Positions 1-12,878 of a stretch of DNA of 64,000 bases are shown in pieces. Made by a program: the position numbers and the translations under genes. The notes under the pieces were generated by a model, which saw only the letters and a list, made by a program, of their open reading frames with translations, had not been told where the DNA came from and searched no databases. Numbering within the stretch: the first letter of the stretch is position 1; every line of letters begins with the position of its first letter. The stretch is from Antechinus flavipes (Eukaryota): the NCBI RefSeq assembly GCF_016432865.1, contig NC_067401.1, positions 52,266,001 through 52,330,000 of the forward strand, written 5' to 3'.

Positions 1-124
1 ATGTGGTCCAGTGGAAAGAATGCTCCATTTGGAGTAAAGGGATTTAGATTCAAATTCTTCCTCCTTGGGCCACTTATTATCTGTATAATCTTGGACAAAT
101 TAAAATGAATAAAGGAAACATGCA

Positions 125-350
125 TTAATTGCCTATATATCAGATACTATGCTAAGCATTTTACAAACATTATCTCATTTGATCCTTATTATAACCTTGT
201 TGCATTAAGCCCATTTTACAGGTGAGGAAACTGCCACAGATTAAGGGATTTGCCCACAGTCACATAGTTAATAAGTGTCAGAGGCCAAACTTGAAATGAG
301 ATTTTCCTGATCCTAGGCCCAGCACTTTATTCACTATGGCTCCTAGCTAT
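125..350 (-). mobile_element. MIR/Mar1 CORE-SINE
   Basis: CORE motif ccattttacaggtgaggaaactg...gatttgcccacagtcaca. Confidence 0.8.
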
Positions 351-959
351 CTGCAAAATGAAAAAGGCAAGGTTCTATGATTCTGTGATCCTATGATATG
401 GTCTACATATCTGAAAGAACGAAAGTAGAAAAATACACTAAGAAATATTCCTAAATTCTTTCGTTATATTGGAACTAAACTCTATGACCCTAAAACCTTT
501 ATCCATTGGTCCTACTGCTACTGCTTTTAATATCTAATTATTCAATTCGTAATGAGGCAATAATGTTCCTTTGTAGTTTTTATAGAATCTATTTCTTTGT
601 AGCCTTGAAATATAATCTTTGTGTAGGCAGGGAAAGAACCTTATCTAATCTAATCACCTAATATTACAGATGAGGAAACCAAGGCATACTCCTAAAATCA
701 CAAAGCTATTAAGTAGCACAGCTGGGGCTGGGCCATCACCAGTCATCTGAACACTGGTGACTCTGGAGGAGAGAGTAAAGCTGATAACTTTTAGCAGCTC
801 TGACTCACTTAAATTCAAATCACTCTCAAGTCACAACATCATTCTCATGATGTCACTGATCTAGAACAAAGGACAAACTACAATTACTGGGACTCCAACA
901 CAAGCAGTACTCTTTCCCTTTATTTTCTTCCTCAAAAATATGATTCTTCTAAGAGGAAA

Positions 960-1825
960 GGAAAAGATAATGATGAATGTTGGAGATGTGGGAAAACTGG
1001 GACAGTGATACATTGTTGGTGGAACTGTGAATGGATCCAACCATTCTGGAGAGCAGTTTAGAACTATGTTTAAAAAGTTATCAAACTGTGCATACCCTTT
1101 GACCCAGCAGTGTTTCTACTGGGCTTATACCCCAAAGAGATACTAAAGAAGGGAAAGGGACCTGTATGTGCCAAAATGTTTGTGGTAGCCCTGTTTGTAG
1201 TGGCTAGAAGCTGGAAAATGAAAGGATGCCCATCAATTGGAGAATGGCTGAATAAATTATAGTATATGAATGCTATGGAATACTATTGTTTTGTAAGAAA
1301 TGACCAGCAGGTTAATTTCAGAGAGGCTTGGAGAGACCTACATGAACTGATGCTAAGTGAAATGAGCAGAACCAGGAGATCATTATACATGGCAATAACA
1401 AGACTATATGATAATCAACTCTGATGGACATGGCTCTCTTCAACATTGAGATGATTCAAACCAGTTCCACTTGTGCTGTGACGAAGTCATCTATACTCAG
1501 AGAGAGAACCATGCATTCTCATTCCCATACATAGCATTCTCACTCTCTGTTGTTATTTGCTTGCATTTTATTTTCTTTCTCAGTACTTTTTCTTCCTTCT
1601 TGATCTGATTTTTCTTGTGCAACAAGATAACTGTATAAATATGTATACATATATTGGATCTAACATGTATTTCAATATATTTAACATGTATTGCATTACC
1701 TGTCACTTGAGGATGGGGTGGGGGAGGGAGGAGGGGAAAATTTGGAACAAAAGGTTATGCAAGGGTCAATGTTGGAAAAATTACCCAAGCATATGCTTTG
1801 TAAATAAAAAGCTTTAATAATAATT
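960..1825 (+). mobile_element. L1 3' end (ORF2 C-terminus + 3' UTR), 5'-truncated
   Basis: ctgtgcataccctttgacccagcagtg...gagaatggctgaataaatt (ORF2 end), G-rich 3' UTR, AATAAA and A/AAT tail. Confidence 0.92.
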
Positions 1826-2473
1826 TTAAAATTGATTAAAAAATAATTCTTTTGAGGGTTAACAAATACTGATGAAGTTTTTGTTCAAGTGTTTTAGTGT
1901 CAAACATAATTTGGACATCTACAAAGAAAATAAATCAAATTATTCATCAGAGAAAAGGCAAAATAAATCATAATCTGTGCTGCAGCATTAACCCAGTGTG
2001 ACTACAAAGAATTTTGGCAGACCCTAGGAGTTGTATGGACACTGTGTATATGACCATTATCTTTAGGGCCTAAATTTACAAAGCCCTTTATGAGGTAACT
2101 GTTGTGTGCAGATTATAATGTAGGTTTTGAAAAATAAAAGTTTAGTTTACCAAGGAATATGACAGATACACTACACAAAAATGAAAGATAAATGCACACA
2201 GGTTCTCAGGGAGATACACAATTTAATCTAAGGAATATGGCAGATGCCCAAATAACTATTAAACAAACAAACAAAAAACTATGACAAATGCATTAGAATG
2301 GTATAAAAATAAAGCGCTATATTAAGAAGTCATTTAGGCAACTAGAAGATCAAAATAAGATAAAGAGATACTCATATGAGGATTAAATAATAAGCCCAGC
2401 CATTTTAAGCATGTATAGAATGCTTTCACTGATGCAATCCTCCATATAGACTGTAGATTATGCTTAGATGTTC

Positions 2474-3270
2474 TGTAACTAGTTACAAGTTTCAAGTTAT
2501 GCAGTCTGGTTACAAGTGATGAAGAGGACCTTTTTTGTTTGGCTGCAAGAGTGGGGATAGGAGAAAGGGTACATCTGAAAGGCACTAGATAAGCAGACCT
2601 TCATCCTTCTCTTGGTGTGATTCCTTTCTATCCAGTAATATTTTGGTCAGAGAAGAGAGACAACGTAAGAGAAGAGACCTTGGATTCTTTCTCCATACAA
2701 GACTGACAAAATACTTCTGAACATGGGTCTTGGATCTTGGCCTCGGTATTTGTTCTTTCAGTTTTAGATAAAGAAGACTGGAGGCTACAACTTATAGGCT
2801 TCAAAAGGTGAAGAAAATGAGATACCAGGCAGTCTGGGAGTAGAGTCTATGACAGTATTTGAAGTTTGAGATTAGTCCATCAGTAGGTAAAAATAAATTT
2901 ATTCAGCAAGCATGTAACATTTGGACATGTACTTGTTAAGACTAATATTATGTATTAAGTCTGAACCCACTGTATCCCCAGAGATTAAGGAAAGAAGGAG
3001 TGGGGGAAGGTGTATCCCCAAGGTGTTGGGAAGGGGAAATATTTGTACTTCTGTTCTTGCTAAATTGTTGAAGTAATTGTTCCTTTTAATTAAAAGTTAA
3101 TTGATGTCAATTGGTGAAACATAAATGGGACACTGGGGTTAATAGTAGGGGGACATAAAGTTGGGCTTAAGCCAAGAATATTAGAGAAAAGTACCCAACC
3201 CCTCAGATACTCTTAGTAACTTGAGAGAATGATATAGCCTGCCCTTCTCTGGGAGAGTAAGGACACAACA
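2474..3270. mobile_element. Possible solo LTR (ERV-like); boundaries and orientation uncertain
   Basis: TG...CA ends, internal short direct repeats (tgtatcccca x2), AATAAA near 2893-2903 on both strands; no TSD found. Confidence 0.35.
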
Positions 3271-4528
3271 GATTTAGGACTGTGGGTTTTTTTTTTGTTT
3301 TGTTTTGTTTTTTTGTCTTGGCCTAGATCTGGCTTTCATTTTGGAGCAAATAAATACCTTCTACTAACACAATATTGAAACTTTTTGTGCAACTTAAAAG
3401 CCATAAAGAGTTGCCTGGAATCCTGAGCAGTTAAGTGACTTGCTTCCCTACATTAAAGAATTTTCTAATAATCCATTACTTGGTATTTTTCCTACCTGCA
3501 CATTAGTCTGTCTAAAAGGAGATGGGTAATTGATGGTGTCAGAGTTGCAGGGAAGTTAAATAGAATGAGGATTGAGAAAAGGTCATTGTGATTTGAAACA
3601 CTGGTCACTGTGTAAATAATGTATATTTGAATCACTAACAATAGAGAACACTGTATTTTTTTTATATTCTTCATAGTGCAGAACTCAGTAAATGTTTAAT
3701 ACAGTTTGCTTAGTATTGAAAAGACCTATGCTTATTCCATGAATGAAATACTAAACTGTGCTCTGAATACAGTGTGCTTTATTTATGAAACTTAATAAAA
3801 TGCATTCAGTTTTTACCTCTGATTTAAAACAATACTAAAAAAGAGAACTGACTAGGATATGAATTGTCAACTCTCCCTTAATGCATGTTTTCCTCTTAAC
3901 AATAGAATTTTGATGACTATGTTCAAACATAATAGGTACTGCTATTTTTTTTTCATAAACAACCATTAGATGATTTCCAGAAACTTGTACATTCCAAACT
4001 CTCAAACACATTTATTGAATGGTTGCTAAGTACAAGGAAGAATACAAAGGAGTATACTACAAAAAGGAAGAACAAAAAAGTGATTCTAAAAATTTACAAT
4101 CTGATTGTGGAAACAAATACAAGTTAAAATGTTAATACGTAAGTTAAATAGTATTAGGGCAAATTTCAGATGTTATAAAGCAGAATATACTGCCAAAATG
4201 AATAACAGAGACATGTTATTTGCACAAAGGAGGGCAAGATCACTATAGGTTGAACTGCCTGGATAAGAAATCATGAAGGAGTGAGACTTGAAGTGTGACA
4301 TACATAGATATGGAATTAGGGGAAAATTTATTGGCAAGAAAAAGATATGAATGTGATGATCCGGAGACAGAAAATATGTTTCAGGGACAGTATATACCTT
4401 CAAAAGCCAGAAGAATTCTTCAAAAAAGATAATGAAAGCTTTTTTCAATCTAATTGTGTTGGCAAAAAGTACAGTTAAAATACACCAGAATGTTTACCTA
4501 AGAAAAGATTCTTAGAGGTAAAGCTTCT

Positions 4529-4659
4529 GGGGCAGCGAGGTGGCACAGCGGATAGAGAGCACCAGCCCTGAAGTCAGGACTTGAGTTCAAATCTGTTCTC
4601 AGACACTTAACACTTCCTAGCTTCATGACTCTGGGCAAGTCACTTAACCACAAATGCCT
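4529..4659 (+). mobile_element. WSINE1 (tRNA-derived SINE) followed by a poly-G tract
   Basis: ggggcagcgaggtggcacagcggatagagagc...gagttcaaatc...ctgggcaagtcacttaacc; duplicate at 10980-11110. Confidence 0.88.
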
Positions 4660-4799
4660 GGGGGGGGGGGGAGGGGGGAGGGGGAAGTACACCTTTTATT
4701 CAAATTGTATTTACCATTTTAATATGTACACAAAGGTTTGTTATGTACTTAATTAGTCATGTATACTTGTCCATTCTATTTATAATGGTCAGACCAAAA

Positions 4800-6370
4800 T
4801 TCTCAAAGCACAGTTCTAAACACCTCCTTCCCTAATTAAGTTTTTCAATGGCTCCCTACTACTATGAAATAAAATCCATGTTCCTTAGCACCACAGTTAA
4901 GGGTTTTGATCATCTGGGTCTCACTTCTCTATATGCCTCAACTTTTTCAGTTTTATCTCCTATTCCTCCTGCCCACTTACCAGCCTTCCTTCATCTATTA
5001 TGTTCCAACCAAACTGTACTATTCCTAGGTTCCCATTCCCATTTAGCCTTTGTTCAGGCTATCAATGGAATGGCCCTCCTCACCTTGAAATTTTACCAAT
5101 TAAGATCCAGTTCAAGTGACTCTCCATTTATAAATGATCTCCTAACCTAGAAATAATCTCCATTCCATAGAACTTTTAGAGCACTTTGCACTTCTGTTAT
5201 AATATTCTAATTTAAATTATAATTGTTTTCACCAGTCAACTAAAATTTACTAAACACCTATTGGGTGCCAAGCATTGTGCTAAATCAGGAGAAACAAAAA
5301 GAGACCAAAAACAGTCCCTGCACCAAAGGAGTTTACAATCTAATCTGGGAAGCAAAATGCAAACAAATATATAGAAAACAAACTAAATACAAGACAAAAA
5401 GGAGATAAATTAACAGGGACAAGGCACTGGAATTAAGAAGGATTTGGGGTGGCTTCCTAAAGTTGGGATATTAAAACTAACATGTTAATGTAACATTTTG
5501 AAGCTTGAAGTTTATATTATTTGAATTTCCAGGGAAATCTTGTGAAATACAGTTATTATTCCCATTATACAAGTCAAGAAAACAAGGATCAAAGAAGTAA
5601 TAAGGCAAACACCTAAGGAAGGTTTTCCTGAAGATAAATTAAGATTTCAATGAGATTTTGCAAAAGCAATATTGTATTCTTTACTAAGCTATGTTTCCTG
5701 ATGTTTACATTGTCTTTAAAATACCACATCAAATGTAGTAAACAGTTAGATCTTAAGTTCCATGAGGGCTAGAACTTTTGTCTTCTACTTCCTTTAGCAG
5801 TTACAGCTTCTAATACTATCATTTTCCCAACCACCAGGCAGACAAGTTCAGCATCACCCTTAATTCCTTATTCTCATTCAGTCTACCCGTCCAATCAGTT
5901 GTCAGTTCTTGTCACTTCAACCTTCACATCTCTCCTATGTCCTTTTCTCTCTACTCATATAATCACAAACCTAGTTTAGATCCTCATACCTCCTGCTTGG
6001 ACACACTCCTCATTCCAACAATGCTGCCCCCCTATTTGCAATTCCTTGAACATGATGCTCCATCTAGCTTCTGTGCCTTTAGATAAGCTGTCCCCCCATC
6101 TCTAGAATGATCCTTCCGCTCACTAGTGCTTCTCAGTTTCCTTAACATCTTATAAGACAACTCACATCCCACCTATTCCACCACCAATCTTTCCCAGTCC
6201 TCTCAGCTACTAATGCTTTTGCCTCTCAGAATGACTTCCTTGGTGGATGACATATTATTGTCTCCCTTTTAAAATGTAACTTTAAGACAAAGGACTATCT
6301 TTTTGCCTATCCCGATATATTTCTAGCTCTTAGCACAGTACCTATCAAATAATAAACACTTAATAGTTGT
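4800..6370. mobile_element. Cluster of L2 fragments in both orientations (repeated at ~11255-12830)
   Basis: L2 3' motifs caatggctccct..., aacacctattgggtgccaagcattgtgct (minus), and ttagcacagtacc...aaacacttaatagttgttga (plus). Confidence 0.7.
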
Positions 6371-8269
6371 TGACCTGACTCAAAAAATAATAATAATAAT
6401 AATAATAATAAGGCTCAAGGTATGACATCCATGAATTTATGAGAATATTAAAATTTGCTAAACCAGAAAAAACCACAGATTGCAATTCAAGAGAAAATAA
6501 TAATAAGTCCTATCACTTATTTTTAAAAAGTAGTAAAAAGTTTTACTATTGTAGATGGAACTTAGGGCTCTTATTTAAGACTCAAAGCAGAAGAGTAACA
6601 TTTCTAATTGACCTTTTTTCTTTGTGAATGTTTACATAGAGTGTACAGCTCACTTTAGTTTATGAGAATAAGTAAAGGGGTGGGCTAAGAAGTTTTTTTA
6701 ACTTCAATGAGTTTAGAAGACTCTTCTTAAATATTATGGATAAATTCCATTGTTTTTCATACTAAAATATCCAAATGTCATGATCTAAAAGTTTCCCTTT
6801 AATAGATCAAACTCCAAAAGATTTTGCAAACATGATTCTGGAAGCAGTCTAGTTTTAAAAGGACAAAACTGTGACAAATCTAATATACAATGAGTCTAGG
6901 AGCAAGTACTTGACTCTAAGCAGAGATAGCTGAGAACATTACAAACTGATGCTTCTCCATACCCAATATCAAGAGATTATTGTTGCTAATACATTCAATC
7001 AACTGGTACAGAATGGTAATACAGTCTTAAGCTTGTTCTATTGAAGGCAACAGTCCACAGATAAAAGGACAAGGAAAATAACAGGAAGGAGTGATGATCA
7101 TATTATTTACCTAAACTCCTCCTTCCCATAATTTCTATTTTAACTTTAATATAAGTTAAAGTTATATTAAAACCGAGAATAAAGAAAACTACAAAATAGA
7201 GAAATTATTATGTATGCAAATTTGTTTTATAACCACAGTTCATTCACAACTGTCAACCCAATAGCTCCAGGATTCAGAAAGCACATTTAAAGGCTAGAAT
7301 TTAAAGGCATAGCCATAGGGGTGGGAGGAGTAGAATAGGAAGTGGCAATTATAAGACTAACATATCTAGCAAAAGTTGCACAAACCACAAATGGCTAAAA
7401 ATTCATCAACTAATTAGGGACTGATTATCTACATCAGGAAAAAAATTCTCTGAAGGATCAGCTCTCCCAAAAGATTTAGATGATTCAATTTACAAAATTT
7501 CTCATCTATTTGGTACCATCTATTGGGTAAAATGACACCTGCACATGAGTCTTGAAGCATAACAGCTTCACAGTCAGTCACACAGGTAGTTATTCAATTG
7601 ATGGAGAACTCAGAATGGAAGGTACCAGGATGTAATAGTGGTAGAGCATTCAGAAAGTAGTTTCAAATGTAAACCTGGTAGAAGAGACATTTGAAGATTA
7701 CACAAAGTCAAAATATCCAAAACAAAACCTAATCTACAACTGTGCTTTTACACAACTATTGTATATTTGACAAATATCACAAAAAGAACATATTTGAAAA
7801 TGTGCTCAACTTTAAAACTTGCCTCCCTGAATTGAAATGAAGCTTCAGATATTTACTAGTTGCGTGACTAGCTTTGACTAAGTCATTTAACTTCTCTTTA
7901 CTTCAATTTCTTCTGTAAAATGTGGATAATAACAGCAATTACCTTACAGGGCTATTGTCAGAATGACATGAGTTCAAATCCTGTCTCAGATATATACTAG
8001 GTAGGTGACCTGGACAAGTCATTTAACCTCGGTCTGCTTGTTTTTTCATCTGTAAAATGGAGATAATAATAGTACCCACCTTCCGTGGTTTTTGTGAGGA
8101 TTTAATGAAATAATATTTATAAAGTGCTTTGCAAAATTTAAATGCTATAAGTGCTACATAATAATAACATCAATAATAATAATGAATTCTGGATATCTTA
8201 TTTTGAAAGGCTACTGACAGGCAGGCACAGAGAAAGGCATCAGAATAGTCAGGGTACTCTGTATTGTAC

Positions 8270-8480
8270 CATAAAAATATCAAAGGAAAAATGATCAGAT
8301 TAACAGTAGTCAAGTATTTGAAATATAACATGGAAAAGGGATTAAATTTGTTTTACTTGACCCTAGTGGGCAAAACCGAGAGCAATGGGTAGAGCTTAAA
8401 GGGGCAGATATTGACTGAATAAAGAAAAATTCCTAATATGATTGTTAGCAAGGCTTATCCAAAAGTGCTAACATGCTTCC
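8270..8480 (+). mobile_element. L3/CR1 3' fragment (repeated at ~14720-14930)
   Basis: ttgttttacttgaccctagtgggcaaaaccgagagcaatggg...aaaaattcctaa resembles the CR1/L3 3' end. Confidence 0.65.
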
Positions 8481-10134
8481 CTGAACTGGTTATCACTCAA
8501 AATCTTCAGAGACTGGATGCCTGACAGGATATGCCTCCTAACTCTGGGAATTTCCCAAGGCTCTGTCTTGGGACTTATTTTCTCTATATAATTTCTCTTT
8601 GGGTCTCATGGGTTCAATTATTTCTATGCAGATGACAAGCAAATCTATACTAAATATTAACACTATCTTATTTTAATAGTGCCAACAAATGGGATATGAA
8701 AAGACATAGGCAGTAATTACATTTAATTCTACACAGTTTAGTCAATCGATGCCATAAGACAAAAGAACATCTTAAAACATCCTTGACCTACTTGTCAAAC
8801 AGACAAATGACAAGGCAATTCCATTTTAGGATAAAAAATAATTTAAAAATCTTAAAAAACAAACAGATGATAGAATATTATAAGAACATACAACTAAGAC
8901 AATCAGTAGAGGCTAAAATAAGTGTCTAGAAACCTTAATGAGAGACCCAACTAAGCAAAGTCATCCCAAGAGCATTAAGTACAATAATAGCTAACATTTA
9001 TATAGCACTTTAAGATTTGTAAAGTGATTTACAGATTTTATCTCATTTGAAACTGGAAAAGACTGAAAAGATAAGCAAAATACAAAGACAATGGAGCCAC
9101 CACACTGGATTCAACATTACAAACTTTATAAAGAAGGTAAGTTACAATAGTAAGGGCACTAAGAGTTTAGTTCTCAAAATATTTGAAGGAAGGGAAAGGG
9201 ATAACAAATATCAACTTATTTTCACATCTATACAAAAATTTACATATATCAAGGTCATCTTTCAAGAAAATATTAGCAGAGAAGAAGGCTGTTACAAACA
9301 ATAGTTCACACCTTTACTGTAACATAATTGTAAGGGCATTAAAGAATACTTCAAATACTGCTAGACACTGTTGATGTTTTGCAATAGTTTTACTGAACTG
9401 TTTTTTCTTCAGCTTCTTTAACCTTTGTTACAAGGGATGGATGACTCATTGGTAGGAGAGAGGAAAAGAATATATTTATAAATGAATATGATATAAATTC
9501 AAAAGACAAAGTACCAAAAATTCAGAGAACTACATAAAAACTGCTAATGAATTGATGCAGAATAAAGAAAGCAGAACCCAAATAATTTATACATATGACT
9601 ACAATAATATAAATAAAAATAACATGAAAAGAATCTTAGAAGTCATATTAAAATGTGATAACCTTCTTGGTTTAGAGGACCACTGATGAAAACATTTTCC
9701 TCTTCTAGGTAAAGATAGAATGATAGTATGGGAATGCTATAATGAATTTTTTTTTAACTTGTTGCTTTTGTTATAAGAAAAGATGGGGAAAAGGGAAGAG
9801 CAGCTATTTAAAAATGGAACAGTAGTTTAAAAAGTATAAAGGTGGAATCCATGACTTAAACCAGTATAGAATTTTCATCGGGGAAATCTCTGATCAATGC
9901 ATCCATTATATATTCACCATGTCAGAGACTTGACTACAGCACTAAATGGTAAAGTGATTTGCCCAGTCACACAACCATTAGCTAGTATGGTTAGAGATAG
10001 GATTTTCAAGTGACATATTTTCCACACATCAGGGCATGCTCTTTAGTTACTATGTCATGCTGGTGGAGGAGTAGAAGAATCAAAAAGAAAATAAACCTGA
10101 GTTGGAGAAAAGGGAGGAATGAGAGAAAGGAATT

Positions 10135-10526
10135 TAAATTAATAGCATAAAATGCTTTAAAAGTTTTCCTCCACAGATATCTCCTGTGTGTACATCAAAG
10201 CTTTTTACATAAGTTCCCTTGAAATATATCAAAGAAATAGCCTTATCTTTTATCATTGAAATTAGAAGCATAAAACAGGGAAATAGTTCCCCATTATGTT
10301 CACTAAGTTCTTTGCCACTGTCAGGAAGGAGCTCTACTTCAAGGTCTAAGTTGAAGAGGGATTCCTTAGAGTTAATACAGTCCACTAGATGCTTCTGTTG
10401 GTAGATGACATTGTGCTATTTGCATCAATTCCTACAATCCTGCAGAGCCATCATGAGGAAAGGTTTCACCACTCAAAGATCTGTTCTGACCATCCACACA
10501 GGAAAAATCAAAGGGATGAAGAACAT
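10135..10526 (+). mobile_element. RTE-clade LINE RT fragment, cut by the duplication junction
   Basis: Degenerate RT motifs IRSIKQGNSSP and LLLVDDIVL. Confidence 0.75.
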
Positions 10527-12840
10527 AAAAGTGATTCTAAAAATTTACAATCTGATTGTGGAAACAAATACAAGTTAAAATGTTAATACGTAAGTTAAAT
10601 AGTATTAGGGCAAATTTCAGATGTTATAAAGCAGAATATACTGCCAAAATGAATAACAGAGACATGTTATTTGCACAAAGGAGGGCAAGATCACTATAGG
10701 TTGAACTGCCTGGATAAGAAATCATGAAGGAGTGAGACTTGAAGTGTGACATACATAGATATGGAATTAGGGGAAAATTTATTGGCAAGAAAAAGATATG
10801 AATGTGATGATCCGGAGACAGAAAATATGTTTCAGGGACAGTATATACCTTCAAAAGCCAGAAGAATTCTTCAAAAAAGATAATGAAAGCTTTTTTCAAT
10901 CTAATTGTGTTGGCAAAAAGTACAGTTAAAATACACCAGAATGTTTACCTAAGAAAAGATTCTTAGAGGTAAAGCTTCTGGGGCAGCGAGGTGGCACAGC
11001 GGATAGAGAGCACCAGCCCTGAAGTCAGGACTTGAGTTCAAATCTGTTCTCAGACACTTAACACTTCCTAGCTTCATGACTCTGGGCAAGTCACTTAACC
11101 ACAAATGCCTGGGGGGGGGGGGGGGGGGGTGGGGGGGAGAAGTACACCTTTTATTCAAATTGTATTTACCATTTTAATATGTACACAAAGGTTTGTTATG
11201 TACTTAATTAGTCATGTATACTTGTCCATTCTATTTATAATGGTCAGACCAAAATTCTCAAAGCACAGTTCTAAACACCTCCTTCCCTAATTAAGTTTTT
11301 CAATGGCTCCCTACTACTATGAAATAAAATCCATGTTCCTTAGCACCACAGTTAAGGGTTTTGATCATCTGGGTCTCACTTCTCTATATGCCTCAACTTT
11401 TTCAGTTTTATCTCCTATTCCTCCTGCCCACTTACCAGCCTTCCTTCATCTATTATGTTCCAACCAAACTGTACTATTCCTAGGTTCCCATTCCCATTTA
11501 GCCTTTGTTCAGGCTATCAATGGAATGGCCCTCCTCACCTTGAAATTTTACCAATTAAGATCCAGTTCAAGTGACTCTCCATTTATAAATGATCTCCTAA
11601 CCTAGAAATAATCTCCATTCCATAGAACTTTTAGAGCACTTTGCACTTCTGTTATAATATTCTAATTTAAATTATAATTGTTTTCACCAGTCAACTAAAA
11701 TTTACTAAACACCTATTGGGTGCCAAGCATTGTGCTAAATCAGGAGAAACAAAAAGAGACCAAAAACAGTCCCTGCACCAAAGGAGTTTACAATCTAATC
11801 TGGGAAGCAAAATGCAAACAAATATATAGAAAACAAACTAAATACAAGACAAAAAGGAGATAAATTAACAGGGACAAGGCACTGGAATTAAGAAGGATTT
11901 GGGGTGGCTTCCTAAAGTTGGGATATTAAAACTAACATGTTAATGTAACATTTTGAAGCTTGAAGTTTATATTATTTGAATTTCCAGGGAAATCTTGTGA
12001 AATACAGTTATTATTCCCATTATACAAGTCAAGAAAACAAGGATCAAAGAAGTAATAAGGCAAACACCTAAGGAAGGTTTTCCTGAAGATAAATTAAGAT
12101 TTCAATGAGATTTTGCAAAAGCAATATTGTATTCTTTACTAAGCTATGTTTCCTGATGTTTACATTGTCTTTAAAATACCACATCAAATGTAGTAAACAG
12201 TTAGATCTTAAGTTCCATGAGGGCTAGAACTTTTGTCTTCTACTTCCTTTAGCAGTTACAGCTTCTAATACTATCATTTTCCCAACCACCAGGCAGACAA
12301 GTTCAGCATCACCCTTAATTCCTTATTCTCATTCAGTCTACCCGTCCAATCAGTTGTCAGTTCTTGTCACTTCAACCTTCACATCTCTCCTATGTCCTTT
12401 TCTCTCTACTCATATAATCACAAACCTAGTTTAGATCCTCATACCTCCTGCTTGGACACACTCCTCATTCCAACAATGCTGCCCCCCTATTTGCAATTCC
12501 TTGAACATGATGCTCCATCTAGCTTCTGTGCCTTTAGATAAGCTGTCCCCCCATCTCTAGAATGATCCTTCCTCTCACTAGTGCTTCTCAGTTTCCTTAA
12601 CATCTTATAAGACAACTCACATCCCACCTATTCCACCACCAATCTTTCCCAGTCCTCTCAGCTACTAATGCTTTTGCCTCTCAGAATGACTTCCTTGGTG
12701 GATGACATATTATTGTCTCCCTTTTAAAATGTAACTTTAAGACAAAGGACTATCTTTTTGCCTATCCCGATATATTTCTAGCTCTTAGCACAGTACCTAT
12801 CAAATAATAAACACTTAATAGTTGTTGACCTGACTCAAAA

Positions 12841-12878
<38 letters not shown>

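Larger units (their letters stand above)
4076..10526 (+). repeat. 6.45-kb tandem duplication, copy 1
   Basis: Near-identical to 10527-16978; ORF-track pairs recur at offsets 6451-6467 (e.g. 4173/10624, 10134/16586). Confidence 0.98.
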
